DNA of 64,000 bases from an uncultured delta proteobacterium (GTDB taxonomy: Bacteria; Desulfobacterota; Binatia; Binatales; Binataceae), in NCBI GenBank assembly GCA_963842085.1, contig CAWJET010000001.1, positions 2,272,001-2,336,000 of the forward strand, read 5' to 3'. This document shows positions 11,002 to 20,303 of the stretch, in pieces. Made by a program: the position numbers and the translations under genes. Within the stretch, counting starts at the first letter, position 1; each line of letters opens with the position of its first letter. Under the pieces are notes generated by a model that worked only from the letters and a program-made list of their open reading frames with translations, did not search any database and had not been told where the DNA came from.

Positions 11002-12033
11002 ATGATGAAGAAACTTCGCCGCAAACCGACCTACGGCGCCGCGATTCGACTGGCACGAATCGCCACCGGGTTGTTCTCCAGACCATACGGCTGGAGTATC
11101 AAATCGATCGGGGAGAGTCTCGAGATTTCCGAACGCACGCTGGCCCGTTACGTTTCGGTGCTGCGCAGCGGCCTGCTCGACTGGCGCGGCAGTCCGCTGA
11201 TTGAAGTGGTCGGCACGGGCGGCGCGCGCAAGCTTCGGCTGGTCAGCTCGATGAAGGCCGCGGAGGCATCTTCGTATCAGGTGGCGTTGCTGTATTTTTC
11301 GCTGACTGTGCTCAAGTTTCTGGAGGGCACGGTGCTGGAGGAAGGCGTCGAGGGGCTGTGGGAGAAGATTTATCAGAACCTGAGCTCGACGCAGCAGACG
11401 CGGCTGTCCGACCTCGAGCGCAAGTTTTACGCCGTCCCCTACGTCCCCAAGGATTACGGTGAGTTCAGCGAACAACTCGACGTAATTTTGCGGGCGCTGT
11501 TGGATCAGACTCGGCTCAAAGTCGACTACGCCGGCCTGACCGGCGAGGGCCGGCAACATGACTTCGACCCATACTCGCTCATCGCCTATCGCGGCGGTCT
11601 CTACCTTCTCGGCCACAGCCATCGAAGCAACGCGATCATTTATCTAGCGGTGGAGCGAATCCGCTCGGTCGAATTCATCCGTCAGCCGGACGGCGCCCCG
11701 GTGCGGTTCATCTATCCGCGCGCCTTCAATCCCGCAGCCCACACCGAAGGCACTTTCGGGATTGTCGACGGACCCGAGACCAAAGTCGAGTTGAAGATTC
11801 ACAGCGAACAGACCGGGGCCTACGTACGTTCGCGCACGATTCATCGCAGCCAGCGTTTCTCGCATCGCCGCGACGGCACGACGATCATGACGATGATCGT
11901 CAGGGGCACGACTGAGTTGGCGAATTGGATAATGAGCATGGGGCCGTGGATTGAGGTGCTCAAGCCCGCGGCTCTGCGCAAGGAAATCGCGCAGCGCCAC
12001 GTAAAAGCGGCTCGTTTGTACCGCGGCAGTTAG
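11002..12033 (+). CDS. WYL-domain transcriptional regulator (wHTH-WYL-WCX; YafY/PafC/DriD-like)
   Basis: N-terminal HTH SIKSIGESLEISERTLARYV; WYL core FDPYSLIAYRGGLYLLG...AVERIRSV; WCX WIMSMGPWIEVLKPAALRKEI. Start is 11002 or 10939. Confidence 0.9.
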   Translation: MMKKLRRKPTYGAAIRLARIATGLFSRPYGWSIKSIGESLEISERTLARYVSVLRSGLLDWRGSPLIEVVGTGGARKLRLVSSMKAAEASSYQVALLYFSLTVLKFLEGTVLEEGVEGLWEKIYQNLSSTQQTRLSDLERKFYAVPYVPKDYGEFSEQLDVILRALLDQTRLKVDYAGLTGEGRQHDFDPYSLIAYRGGLYLLGHSHRSNAIIYLAVERIRSVEFIRQPDGAPVRFIYPRAFNPAAHTEGTFGIVDGPETKVELKIHSEQTGAYVRSRTIHRSQRFSHRRDGTTIMTMIVRGTTELANWIMSMGPWIEVLKPAALRKEIAQRHVKAARLYRGS

Positions 12034-12105
12034 ATCGGACGCTCGATCAGCGGCTACAATGATGCGAGATGTGCGCGATACGCGCGACTGCGAATCAGGG
12101 AAGCA

Positions 12106-13062
12106 ATGATCATAGTAACCGGCGGTGCAGGCTTCATCGGCAGCAACCTGCTGAGCGCGCTGAATGCCAAGGGCATCACGGACGTACTGGTCGTCGATCG
12201 CAAGGGCGATAATTTCCGCAACCTCTGCGATTTGCGGTTTTCGGATTTCATTCAGCCCGAAGAGTTCGCCCGGGCAATCGAGCGCAGGGCTCTTCCTGAC
12301 CGGATCGAAGCCGTTTTTCATCAGGGTGCGTGCGCCGACACCACCTGCACCGACGGCCGCTACATGATCGAAAACAATTTCACGTTTTCGAAGTTGATTC
12401 TGCATTTCGCGCGGGCAAGCAAAGTTCCACTGGTGTACGCGTCCAGCGCAGCGGTGTACGGCTCGTCGAGCGCATTCGCGCCGTCACGCCAAAACGAACG
12501 TCCACTCAACCTCTATGGGCTATCCAAACTTGCTTTCGACAATCACGTCCGCAGCGTCGCCGCGAATTCCGAGAGCACGGTGGCCGGTCTCAGGTACTTC
12601 AACGTCTATGGTCCGCGCGAATCCCACAAGGGCAAAATGGCGTCGATGGTGTATCAGCTCTATCGGCAGTTGAAGGACAGCGGACGCGCGCGGCTGTTCA
12701 AGGGCACTGATGGATACGCAGACGGGGAGCAGCGGCGCGACTTTGTTTTGGTTGACGACGTTGTCCGCGTTAACCTGGTGCTTGCCGAGGGTCCCGCGCG
12801 AAGCGGCATCTTTAACGTCGGCACTGGACAAGCGCGCAGCTTCAACGACGTAGCCAGGACCATAATCGCGCAGCTCGGTGCGGGTGCGATTGACTATGTG
12901 CCATTTCCCGAGAAACTGGCGCATAGGTATCAAAGCTTCACACAGGCTGAGCTCTCGGCGCTAAGGAATGCAGGCTACAATGAGGCTTTTTCGACATTGG
13001 AAAATGGAATCGCGCGGTCGATCGATGCGTGGAGTCGAGAGGACCAGCCAACCGGCGGCTGA
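12106..13062 (+). CDS. hldD: ADP-L-glycero-D-manno-heptose 6-epimerase
   Basis: IIVTGGAGFIGSN, FHQGACADT, YASSAAVYG, PLNLYGLSK, LRYFNVYGPRESHKGKMAS, YQSFTQA. Confidence 0.95.
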   Translation: MIIVTGGAGFIGSNLLSALNAKGITDVLVVDRKGDNFRNLCDLRFSDFIQPEEFARAIERRALPDRIEAVFHQGACADTTCTDGRYMIENNFTFSKLILHFARASKVPLVYASSAAVYGSSSAFAPSRQNERPLNLYGLSKLAFDNHVRSVAANSESTVAGLRYFNVYGPRESHKGKMASMVYQLYRQLKDSGRARLFKGTDGYADGEQRRDFVLVDDVVRVNLVLAEGPARSGIFNVGTGQARSFNDVARTIIAQLGAGAIDYVPFPEKLAHRYQSFTQAELSALRNAGYNEAFSTLENGIARSIDAWSREDQPTGG

Positions 13063-13082
13063 CTATTCGGAGGAAGGTCAAA

Positions 13083-13709
13083 ATGGGAAATCCTGGAAAC
13101 CGTCGAATTGAAACAGTCGCGGAGCTGCAGGCGCTGCTCGGTGAGCCGAATCCGATGACGCCGAAGAAGCTTTTTTCTGCGCTCGACGAAGCGGCGATCG
13201 ATTTTATCCGGCGATCGCCCTTTCTCGTGCTTGCAACTGCAGACGCGCAGGGCAACGAAGACGCTTCGCCCAAGGGCGACGGGCCCGGCTTCGTCGCCGT
13301 TGAAGACGCGCACACGTTCCTGATTCCCGAACGCAAGGGTAATCGGCTGATGTTCAGTCTCAGGAACATTCTGGCCAATCCCCAGGTTGGAATTATTTTT
13401 CTCGTGCCCGGCACCGACGAAACTTTGCGCGTCAACGGCACCGCGGAGTTGGGCGACGATCCCGACTTGTTGGTCCGGCTCAGCGCCCGGGGCGCGCCCG
13501 CGCTGCTGGCGATTCGCGTTACCGTGCGGGAATGCTTCTTCCACTGCGCCAAGGCCTTCATCCGCTCGCAGCTCTGGAAGCCGGAGACATGGCCGGAGCG
13601 CCGGAAGATTTCCTTTGGGAAAATTTTGACGGCGAAACTTGGCGGTGGAGACGAACTTGCCCGGCAAGTCGATCGGGCGGTCGAGCAGGATTACAAGAAC
13701 AATCTCTAA
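13083..13709 (+). CDS. Pyridoxamine 5'-phosphate oxidase-like FMN-binding protein (MSMEG_1061 family)
   Basis: DASPKGDGPGFV, IPERKGNR, ETLRVNGTA, FFHCAKAFIRSQLW; RBS GGAGG. Confidence 0.88.
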   Translation: MGNPGNRRIETVAELQALLGEPNPMTPKKLFSALDEAAIDFIRRSPFLVLATADAQGNEDASPKGDGPGFVAVEDAHTFLIPERKGNRLMFSLRNILANPQVGIIFLVPGTDETLRVNGTAELGDDPDLLVRLSARGAPALLAIRVTVRECFFHCAKAFIRSQLWKPETWPERRKISFGKILTAKLGGGDELARQVDRAVEQDYKNNL

Positions 13710-15003
13710 TTAGTAGCGTGCGCGCGCCGCGAGTTCGCGGCAGCGTTTTCGATTCGCGGCTATTCCGCTGACGCAGCGCTCGACAAACAGCGCGACCGAG
13801 CGCCGCATCATCTCGATCGCGTCGAAAACGTTTGCCGCCGCCGCGCCCTCGAAAACATTCAAGTTCAATTCGCCTTGCTCCAGCGCGAGTCGCGTCGCGC
13901 GCTCGCACCCCAGCACCTGGAAGCAGCACTGCAGCATCGTCTCCGGAATCACAGGATTGATTTTCCCCGGGAAGATCGATGAGCCCTCTTGAACGGCGGG
14001 CAAAATTATTTCGCCGAAGCCCCCTTCCGGTCCCGACCCGAGGATGCGCAGGTCCTGCGCGGTCTTGATCAATACCTCCGCGAGCATCGCGAGCTGTGCA
14101 GACACCGCCGCGAGATCGTCTATGTTCTGCGCGGCGTCGTAGAGATTACGCCGCAGCGTAAGGTTCTGCCCGACGATCTCGTTCAAGCGTTTCATGATCG
14201 CGCGGCGATAGATCGCCGGCGCTCCGCTTCCAGAGCCAATCGCGGTGCCTCCCAAGTTTACTCGCGAGAGTGCTTTCACGCTTTGCGCCAGTTCGCGAGC
14301 GCGCCGCGCAATCACCTCTGCGTGGCCGCCGAAGAGTTCGCCGAGCGACACCCGCGCCGCGTCCTGCAGGCAGGTGCGCGAGATCGTGACAACCGGGCGC
14401 AGTTCCGCGGCCTTGGCACGAAATGCCGCGACGCATTGAGCGAGTGCGCGCCGCAATCCGCTCCACCGGCTCAGTACCGTCATCCGAATTGCCGTATGGC
14501 AGACGTCCGCCGTCGATTGCGAGGCGTTGACGTGCAGCTTGGGATGCACGGGCTGGTAAGTTCCGCTCGCCGCCGAGATACTCGCTGGCGAGATTGGCTA
14601 TGACCTCGTTCACGTTCATATTGACCGCAATACCTCCGCCGCCGGCGAGCATGTCAATCGGAAACTGCGCGAGATGTTCGCCGCGAATCAGCGTCTCGCA
14701 AGCGCGTTCGATCGCGTCCAGGCGCCGCGCGTCGAGCACGTGCGCATCGCGATTGGCGCGCGCGGCGGCCTTTTTGACCATCGCGAGCGCGCGAATGTAG
14801 TCGGGATAGTTTCCGAGAATGCGCGCCGAGAATCCCAAATTCTCGACCGCTCTGACCGTTTGAATTCCGTAAAGCGCGTCCGCTGGCACTGCGCGTTCGC
14901 CCAGCAAATCTCTCTCGATGCGAGTTCTAGGCGGTGCGGCGTACCAGTTGCGAATCGATCCGCGCGCGCTTCGCGGCGCGGCTGACCTACGCCGTCCGGC
15001 CAT
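13710..15003 (-). pseudogene. Aspartate ammonia-lyase/fumarase-family lyase, split by a frameshift at ~14560
   Basis: N-half (RIERDLLGE..YGIQTVRAVEN..NMNVNEVIAN) is in one frame and C-half (HPKLHVNASQST..GSSIFPGKINPVIPE) in another; junction on the minus strand reads GAG CGG A ACT TAC CAG. Confidence 0.85.
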
Positions 15004-15856
15004 AGCGGGCCATTTGCAGCCCCTTGCTGCTCCGCGTTCCCGGTTTGGTGTCGTAGGCGAGCAGCGCGACCAGCCGCGTCGTGCGGCCGCTAACCGGCGT
15101 GACGCGATGAATCGAGTTGCGTCCTTCGAACAGCAGCAGGGTCCCCGGATGCATCGCCACGCGCACCACGCCTTCGCCGGAACCCTCGAGCAGGCGCTGG
15201 ACGCGCGGATAGTTTTCATCGGTAGCGCTGCGAATCAGCGAGACGTATTCGAAGTCGCCGCCGGCCTCCGAGGGTCGAAGCGCAATCGAGGTGACGAAGT
15301 CGGTCTGATCGAAATGCCAGTGCAGGCGTTCGCCCGCTCCCATCACGGCGAGGTTGAGCGCGCCCATCGGATCGGCGTAGCGATAGAGGCGCTCCTTATT
15401 CAGCGCCGCCGCGATAAATTCCATCAGCGGATCCCATTCAAACAGTTGTCGCGTCGCGGAGTCATGGGGAAACTGATCGTAGGCCACGACGCCTACCGAG
15501 GTCGGCTCGAAAAACTTCCGCGGGTGATCGTTTGGCCACGAAGGATCGGGCGCTTCGAGATAAGGCGTGCCCGTTACGACGCTGTGATAGGCGAGCGCCG
15601 CGAGCGAGTCGCCCTCGCGCACGAGCGTCGCAACCGCTTCAGGTTTGAGGAATCCGGGCAGCTCGCAGGCGCCGGTGCGATCGAGTTGCGTGCGGCAATG
15701 ACGCGTCAGTGCGCGTGTGGCGTCACTGCTCAAATTGAGGATCGGGTAGCGCTCGAGATCGATCAGGTCTGCCGGCGATTGCCGCGCCGACCCGGTTTGG
15801 TTGACGGCCTTCGTTTGCATGCTTTGAGATGCCTCGTTTTTCGACCATACGACCAC
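14987..15856 (-). CDS. Fe(II)/2-oxoglutarate oxygenase, BesD/HalD-like fold, hydroxylase-type HxD motif
   Basis: HWHFD, GGDFEY, PGTLLLFEGRNSIHRVTPV, R-x-x-x-L-L-A-Y. Confidence 0.8.
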   Translation of the reverse strand: MVVWSKNEASQSMQTKAVNQTGSARQSPADLIDLERYPILNLSSDATRALTRHCRTQLDRTGACELPGFLKPEAVATLVREGDSLAALAYHSVVTGTPYLEAPDPSWPNDHPRKFFEPTSVGVVAYDQFPHDSATRQLFEWDPLMEFIAAALNKERLYRYADPMGALNLAVMGAGERLHWHFDQTDFVTSIALRPSEAGGDFEYVSLIRSATDENYPRVQRLLEGSGEGVVRVAMHPGTLLLFEGRNSIHRVTPVSGRTTRLVALLAYDTKPGTRSSKGLQMARYGRTA

Positions 15857-15888
15857 GTTCTGATTAGCACAATCGCGAGGACTCGAAC

Positions 15889-16947
15889 CTAAGGCGCAGT
15901 CTTAAGGGGATGCTGCCTGAAAAACTCCAGCATCGTAGTCGACCATTCCCTGGGCCATCGCATGTGATTACCGAGACCAATTATCGACCCCGTAACACTA
16001 GCGGTTGATCTTTCCGGGGCAGTTGGATCGGTGCCGCACGAATCCGTACATGAGTAAACCCGGCGATGGTGATTGTCGAGGATCACATCGTCGACAACCA
16101 CTCCGGCCGCGTTTAAGTCGGTTGCCAGTTGCTCGCCATTGGGACAGATGCCACCGATGTCGCAGGCGTTGTGAATGTGCATAGTTCGTGCGGCCGGGTT
16201 GAAAATCTGAATCTGCGTATCATTCGCCGGCGGACCGGCGACCGGCCGCTGTGGGCAAGGATCGTCGAACGCGCCGAATGGGTTGGGTGCGGAATAAACG
16301 GCCGCGGCCGCAATGTTCGGACGATTCACCGCGTACAGGTAGCCCATCGCGGCTCCGTTGGACCATCCGGATACATAAATCCGGGCGGTATCGACTTTCC
16401 CGCTCGCGACCTCGGCCGCGATGAAATGATCGATCGTCGCCGCGTCCGCATTTTCCCGCCAGGTCGTGGCTCCGATCTTCACGTCTCCCGCCGGGTTCAA
16501 CTGCCGATACCAGTTGTCCCATCCAATTCCAGTGTTGTCGGGGAATGGATAATAGTGCGTCGTCCTGCGTCCCTCGGGCGCCAGCACTATGTATCCGACA
16601 CTCTTCGGATCGTCAGTAAGTGAGACAGAGTCCTGGAGGTCAAGTATATTGGTTTGAGTAATCCAACCGGCGGAAAACAGCGACGGATGTAAGTAAACGA
16701 CCATTGGTAACTTGCTATTCGCGCGGGTAGGTTTCGGCTCGTAGAGGCAGGCGTAGCGATCGATGCCATCCGCGTCCTTCCACGGACCAAGAAGCTCGCC
16801 TTCTCCGCAGTTGGGTTTGACGTCCGAAATTATCGCCGCCGACGGATCGCCAAATGGACCGCATGCTGCCGGCGCGACACTGTCGCTGGTCGCGCTGCCG
16901 CACGAAAGCAAGAACGCGCTGATTGCCAGGCAAATGGTTCTCTTCAC
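15889..16947 (-). CDS. Secreted lipoprotein esterase (PHB depolymerase/feruloyl-esterase-like)
   Basis: Lipobox LLSC; RIYVSGWSNGA nucleophile elbow; several Cys. Confidence 0.7.
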   Translation of the reverse strand: MKRTICLAISAFLLSCGSATSDSVAPAACGPFGDPSAAIISDVKPNCGEGELLGPWKDADGIDRYACLYEPKPTRANSKLPMVVYLHPSLFSAGWITQTNILDLQDSVSLTDDPKSVGYIVLAPEGRRTTHYYPFPDNTGIGWDNWYRQLNPAGDVKIGATTWRENADAATIDHFIAAEVASGKVDTARIYVSGWSNGAAMGYLYAVNRPNIAAAAVYSAPNPFGAFDDPCPQRPVAGPPANDTQIQIFNPAARTMHIHNACDIGGICPNGEQLATDLNAAGVVVDDVILDNHHRRVYSCTDSCGTDPTAPERSTASVTGSIIGLGNHMRWPREWSTTMLEFFRQHPLKTAP

Positions 16948-17080
16948 GACTCTGCTTTAACATATCAAGCAGCCGTGCCGACAAGCCCGTTGGATTCGCA
17001 TTTGCTTGTCTGTCGCCACTCTGGAGCGTAAAGGTCCTAGGGGGGCGCGCGGCTTTTTTGGCTCTTGGAGGTTTCACTCG

Positions 17081-17977
17081 ATGAATCTTGGCACCCTCGG
17101 CGTCGACGCCTTGATGGACTCCATGGCGGGAGTCGACCTCGCGAAGTTTGCGCGCAAGGTCGAGAAGCTCGGTTACAGTTCCCTCTGGTTTCCCGAAGCC
17201 TTTGGCCGCGATCCATTCGCGCTGGCCGCTCATCTGCTGACAGTGACCGACAAATTGATCGTCGGCACCGCGATCGCGAACGTCTGGAAGCGCGAACCGG
17301 TCGCGATGATTGGAGGCGCGCGGACGCTCGCCGAGATGTTCCCCGACCGCTTCGTACTCGGCATTGGGATCAGCCACGGCCCGATGATGACGCGGGTGGG
17401 AATCAACTACACGAAGCCTCTCACCTTCATGCGGGACTACCTCGCCCGTCTCAAAGAGGCTCCCTATGGTGCGGCGAAGCCCTCGACCGAAGCGCCAATC
17501 GTGGTCGCTGCCCTGCTTCCGAAAATGCTCCGGCTGGTCGCTGCCGAAGCCGACGGGACGCTCCCAACGTTCGTCACTCCGGAGCGGACCGCGCAAATTC
17601 GCGCCGCACTCGGTCCCAACAAGTTGATCTGCGTCCAACAAATCTCGCTGCTTGAAAAGGATCCCCGCAAAGCGCGCACGGCGATTCGCGGACTGATCGG
17701 ATTTTACCTCGGCCTCCCCAACTATCTGCAAAGCCTCCGGCTGATGGGCTTCAATGATTCGGACTTTGCCGGCGGTGGCAGCGATCGAATTGTCGATGCC
17801 ATGGTTGCGTGGGGTGACGAGCAAGCGATCCGCGATCGCGTGGCGGCGCAGTACCAGGCCGGCGCGACGCACGTGTGCATAACCCCGATTGGAATGGCGG
17901 GTGCCTGGCGCGGCAAATCGGATGGCAGCAATGGTACCCCCGTCGAGCTCGCGCTCGAAGCGCTCGCGCCGCGATGA
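17081..17977 (+). CDS. LLM class (probably F420-dependent) oxidoreductase, MSMEG_4141-like
   Basis: LGYSSLWFPEAFGRDPF, GTAIANVW, RFVLGIGISH, LPNY, SDRIVDAMVAWG, GATHVC. Confidence 0.88.
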   Translation: MNLGTLGVDALMDSMAGVDLAKFARKVEKLGYSSLWFPEAFGRDPFALAAHLLTVTDKLIVGTAIANVWKREPVAMIGGARTLAEMFPDRFVLGIGISHGPMMTRVGINYTKPLTFMRDYLARLKEAPYGAAKPSTEAPIVVAALLPKMLRLVAAEADGTLPTFVTPERTAQIRAALGPNKLICVQQISLLEKDPRKARTAIRGLIGFYLGLPNYLQSLRLMGFNDSDFAGGGSDRIVDAMVAWGDEQAIRDRVAAQYQAGATHVCITPIGMAGAWRGKSDGSNGTPVELALEALAPR

Positions 17978-18029
17978 ACTGGCTAATGCGAGTAGTCACT
18001 CGAATCGCGATCTGACTACTGGAGTCAAT

Positions 18030-19178
18030 ATGCAGATCGACCACGACGAAATCATGCGCCGCGCCGCCGCGATTTCGCCGGCGCTCGCCGGCCATGCCCG
18101 AGAATGCGATGCGGCGCGCAGGCTCACCGCCGAAAGCATGGCGGCCGTTGTCGACGCCGGCTTGTTCCGGATTACGCAGCCGCGCCGCGTCGGCGGCTAC
18201 GAGTTGAGCCTGCGGACACTGGCCGACGCTGTGACTTGCCTCTCCGAGGCCTGCCCCTCGAGCGGCTGGGTGCTGATGGTCATGGGCGCCCATCACTGGT
18301 GCATGGGTTCGTTTCCCGAAACGGCGCAGGACGAAGTCTTCGGCGATGGCCGCGACGGCCTGGTCGCCGGGACGCTGTCGTGGCAGGGCAATGCAAGCGC
18401 CGTCGATGGCGGCTTCCGCGTCGATGGGCGCTGGCAATTTTGCAGCGGCGTCGATCATGCTCACTGGGTAATGCTGGGATGCGCCGAGGCCGCCACTCAC
18501 GGGCCGCTGGTCCACGTCGTCGTACCGCGCGCCGACCTCGAAGTGGACGACACCTGGCACGTAATGGGCCTGCAGGGCACCGGCAGCAAGGACGTCGTCG
18601 CGCACAATGTCTTCGTGCCGGCGCATCGCGCGCTCGATACGCGGACGCTGTTTCGCGGCGCGAGTCCTCACGCCGCGATTCACGCCACAAATCTGTATCG
18701 ACTCTCGGCCGAGGCCATGCTGTCAGTCTCGGTATCGACAGCGGTGCTCGGCTCCGCGAAATTCGCGCTGCGTCAATTCATCGAGCGCACCAAAGAGCGG
18801 CGCGTCATTCTGACCGGCGCGCGAAAGGCCGAGCACGGGCCGACGCAGGTGCGACTGGCGGAGGCCGCCGCCGAAATTCATTCGGCAGATCTGCTGATTC
18901 ACGATATTCTCGGGGAATTCGATCGCCTGATGGCGACCGGCGCGCCCTTCGACAACCATCACCGCGTGCGCGCGAAGTGGCAGGCCGCGTACGCCGCCGA
19001 GTTATGCCGCCGCGCGGTCGCGCGGATGTTCTCAGCCTCGGGAGCGCACGCGGTGTATGCGCCGAGCGCGCTTCAGGCCGCATTTCGGAACATCAATGTC
19101 GGCGCACAGCACGCCAGCATCGACTTCGATAATTCCGCCGAACTCTACGCCCGCGTGCGGCTCGGTCTCAACTCCTGA
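18030..19178 (+). CDS. Acyl-CoA dehydrogenase-fold flavin-dependent monooxygenase (HsaA/HpaH-like)
   Basis: GLFRITQPRRVGG, GRWQFCSGVDHA, DTWHVMGLQGTGSKD, VFVPAHR. Confidence 0.88.
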   Translation: MQIDHDEIMRRAAAISPALAGHARECDAARRLTAESMAAVVDAGLFRITQPRRVGGYELSLRTLADAVTCLSEACPSSGWVLMVMGAHHWCMGSFPETAQDEVFGDGRDGLVAGTLSWQGNASAVDGGFRVDGRWQFCSGVDHAHWVMLGCAEAATHGPLVHVVVPRADLEVDDTWHVMGLQGTGSKDVVAHNVFVPAHRALDTRTLFRGASPHAAIHATNLYRLSAEAMLSVSVSTAVLGSAKFALRQFIERTKERRVILTGARKAEHGPTQVRLAEAAAEIHSADLLIHDILGEFDRLMATGAPFDNHHRVRAKWQAAYAAELCRRAVARMFSASGAHAVYAPSALQAAFRNINVGAQHASIDFDNSAELYARVRLGLNS

Positions 19179-19201
19179 CTCTCGCTTCCAGTGCCGGCGG
19201 T

Positions 19202-19414
19202 TCAGGGCAGTTCCAGCAAACAATTCGCGCAAAGCGCCCATCGGGCGTGTCCGCCCGCCGGCACTACCAGAATTGCCGCGATCGATCGCGTCCCATCGCC
19301 ACACCGCCGGCAAATCAGGTCGTCGCCTTCGCAGCAAGCCTCGAATCCGATCTCCGCAATTGTGGCGGGATCGTCGATCAACTCGACGCGTACAAGGTTG
19401 AACTCAGTTTCCAA
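19202..19414 (-). CDS. Small putative zinc-binding protein (CxxC...CxxC)
   Basis: 70 aa with CRRC and CANC; starts 10 bp downstream of the Crp gene on the same strand; TTG start. Confidence 0.45.
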   Translation of the reverse strand: METEFNLVRVELIDDPATIAEIGFEACCEGDDLICRRCGDGTRSIAAILVVPAGGHARWALCANCLLELP

Positions 19415-19423
19415 AGATTTCAG

Positions 19424-20149
19424 CTAATTCAGATGCGTGCCGACTGGCGCATTCATGGAATCGAACAGCTTGGAAACCTGCACGACCATCTGCCGTCCCT
19501 GCCGAGTTACGAATTTTTCGCGCTCCAGCCGCGCCAGATGCTCTGTTACTCTGGGCCGCGAGGCGCCGACCAGGTTGGCGATGTCCTTGTGGCTGAAAGA
19601 TACGCGCAGCAGCGTGCCGCGCGACTCCTCGATTCCAAAGTCCGCGCACAGTTCCAGCAGCGCGATGCCTATTCGCTCGTGCAGACCGAGGTTCAGAAAA
19701 CTCGAGCTGCGCAGCAGAAGACGATACCACTGCTTTAAATCGTTGCGATGAAATTGTTTGAAGGCGGACTCGGAAGCATTTACGGTGATGCCGTCGAAAT
19801 CGTCCCAACTCACGGTGCCAACCCGGCAATCGTTGTAAGCCTCGCATTGAAACCCGGACTGACTGAGCGGCAGCGCCGGGAATTCGGGAATCGGAACCGG
19901 CGCAAGCATCGCCACCGTCACCCGCTCGTTGCGCGTGTTGCGGCAGGTGATGCGCGCAACTCCTGCTAACAAAATGTGAGCATCCCGGGCGAGCGCAACG
20001 TCGCGCAAAATCACCGAGTGTCGCTTGTAGTTGGCCAGCGCAAGGGAGCCGACCAGGAGTGTAAGTTCAGACGGAGAAAGCCACGACAGACTTTTGAGCC
20101 GGCTCAGTCGGTCGAAGTCGGCATCACGTGAGCTGTCCCTTTCATTCAC
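19424..20149 (-). CDS. Crp/Fnr family transcriptional regulator
   Basis: cNMP-like N-domain; ERIGIALLELCADFG; HTH SHKDIANLVGASRPRVTEHL. Confidence 0.9.
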   Translation of the reverse strand: MNERDSSRDADFDRLSRLKSLSWLSPSELTLLVGSLALANYKRHSVILRDVALARDAHILLAGVARITCRNTRNERVTVAMLAPVPIPEFPALPLSQSGFQCEAYNDCRVGTVSWDDFDGITVNASESAFKQFHRNDLKQWYRLLLRSSSFLNLGLHERIGIALLELCADFGIEESRGTLLRVSFSHKDIANLVGASRPRVTEHLARLEREKFVTRQGRQMVVQVSKLFDSMNAPVGTHLN

Positions 20150-20303
20150 AATTGCACCTGGCAGGAAACCAAATCATACGTCATTACAAGCTATAAAGGA
20201 AGCGCAATGTAACCCGCATAACAAATCATTTGTGCGGCAGGGAACGCCGGGCAGGAGGACCGACGAACCTGGGCAGCCGTAGGCATAGGCCGCCAACTAC
20301 TCG

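Noticed and set aside
14146-15219. 357-aa ORF as a real protein
   Set aside because: It joins an off-frame part of the oxygenase gene, the lyase N-half and out-of-frame sequence after the frameshift.
14987-15856. Radical halogenase (BesD)
   Set aside because: The HxD carboxylate is retained, leaving no halide site.
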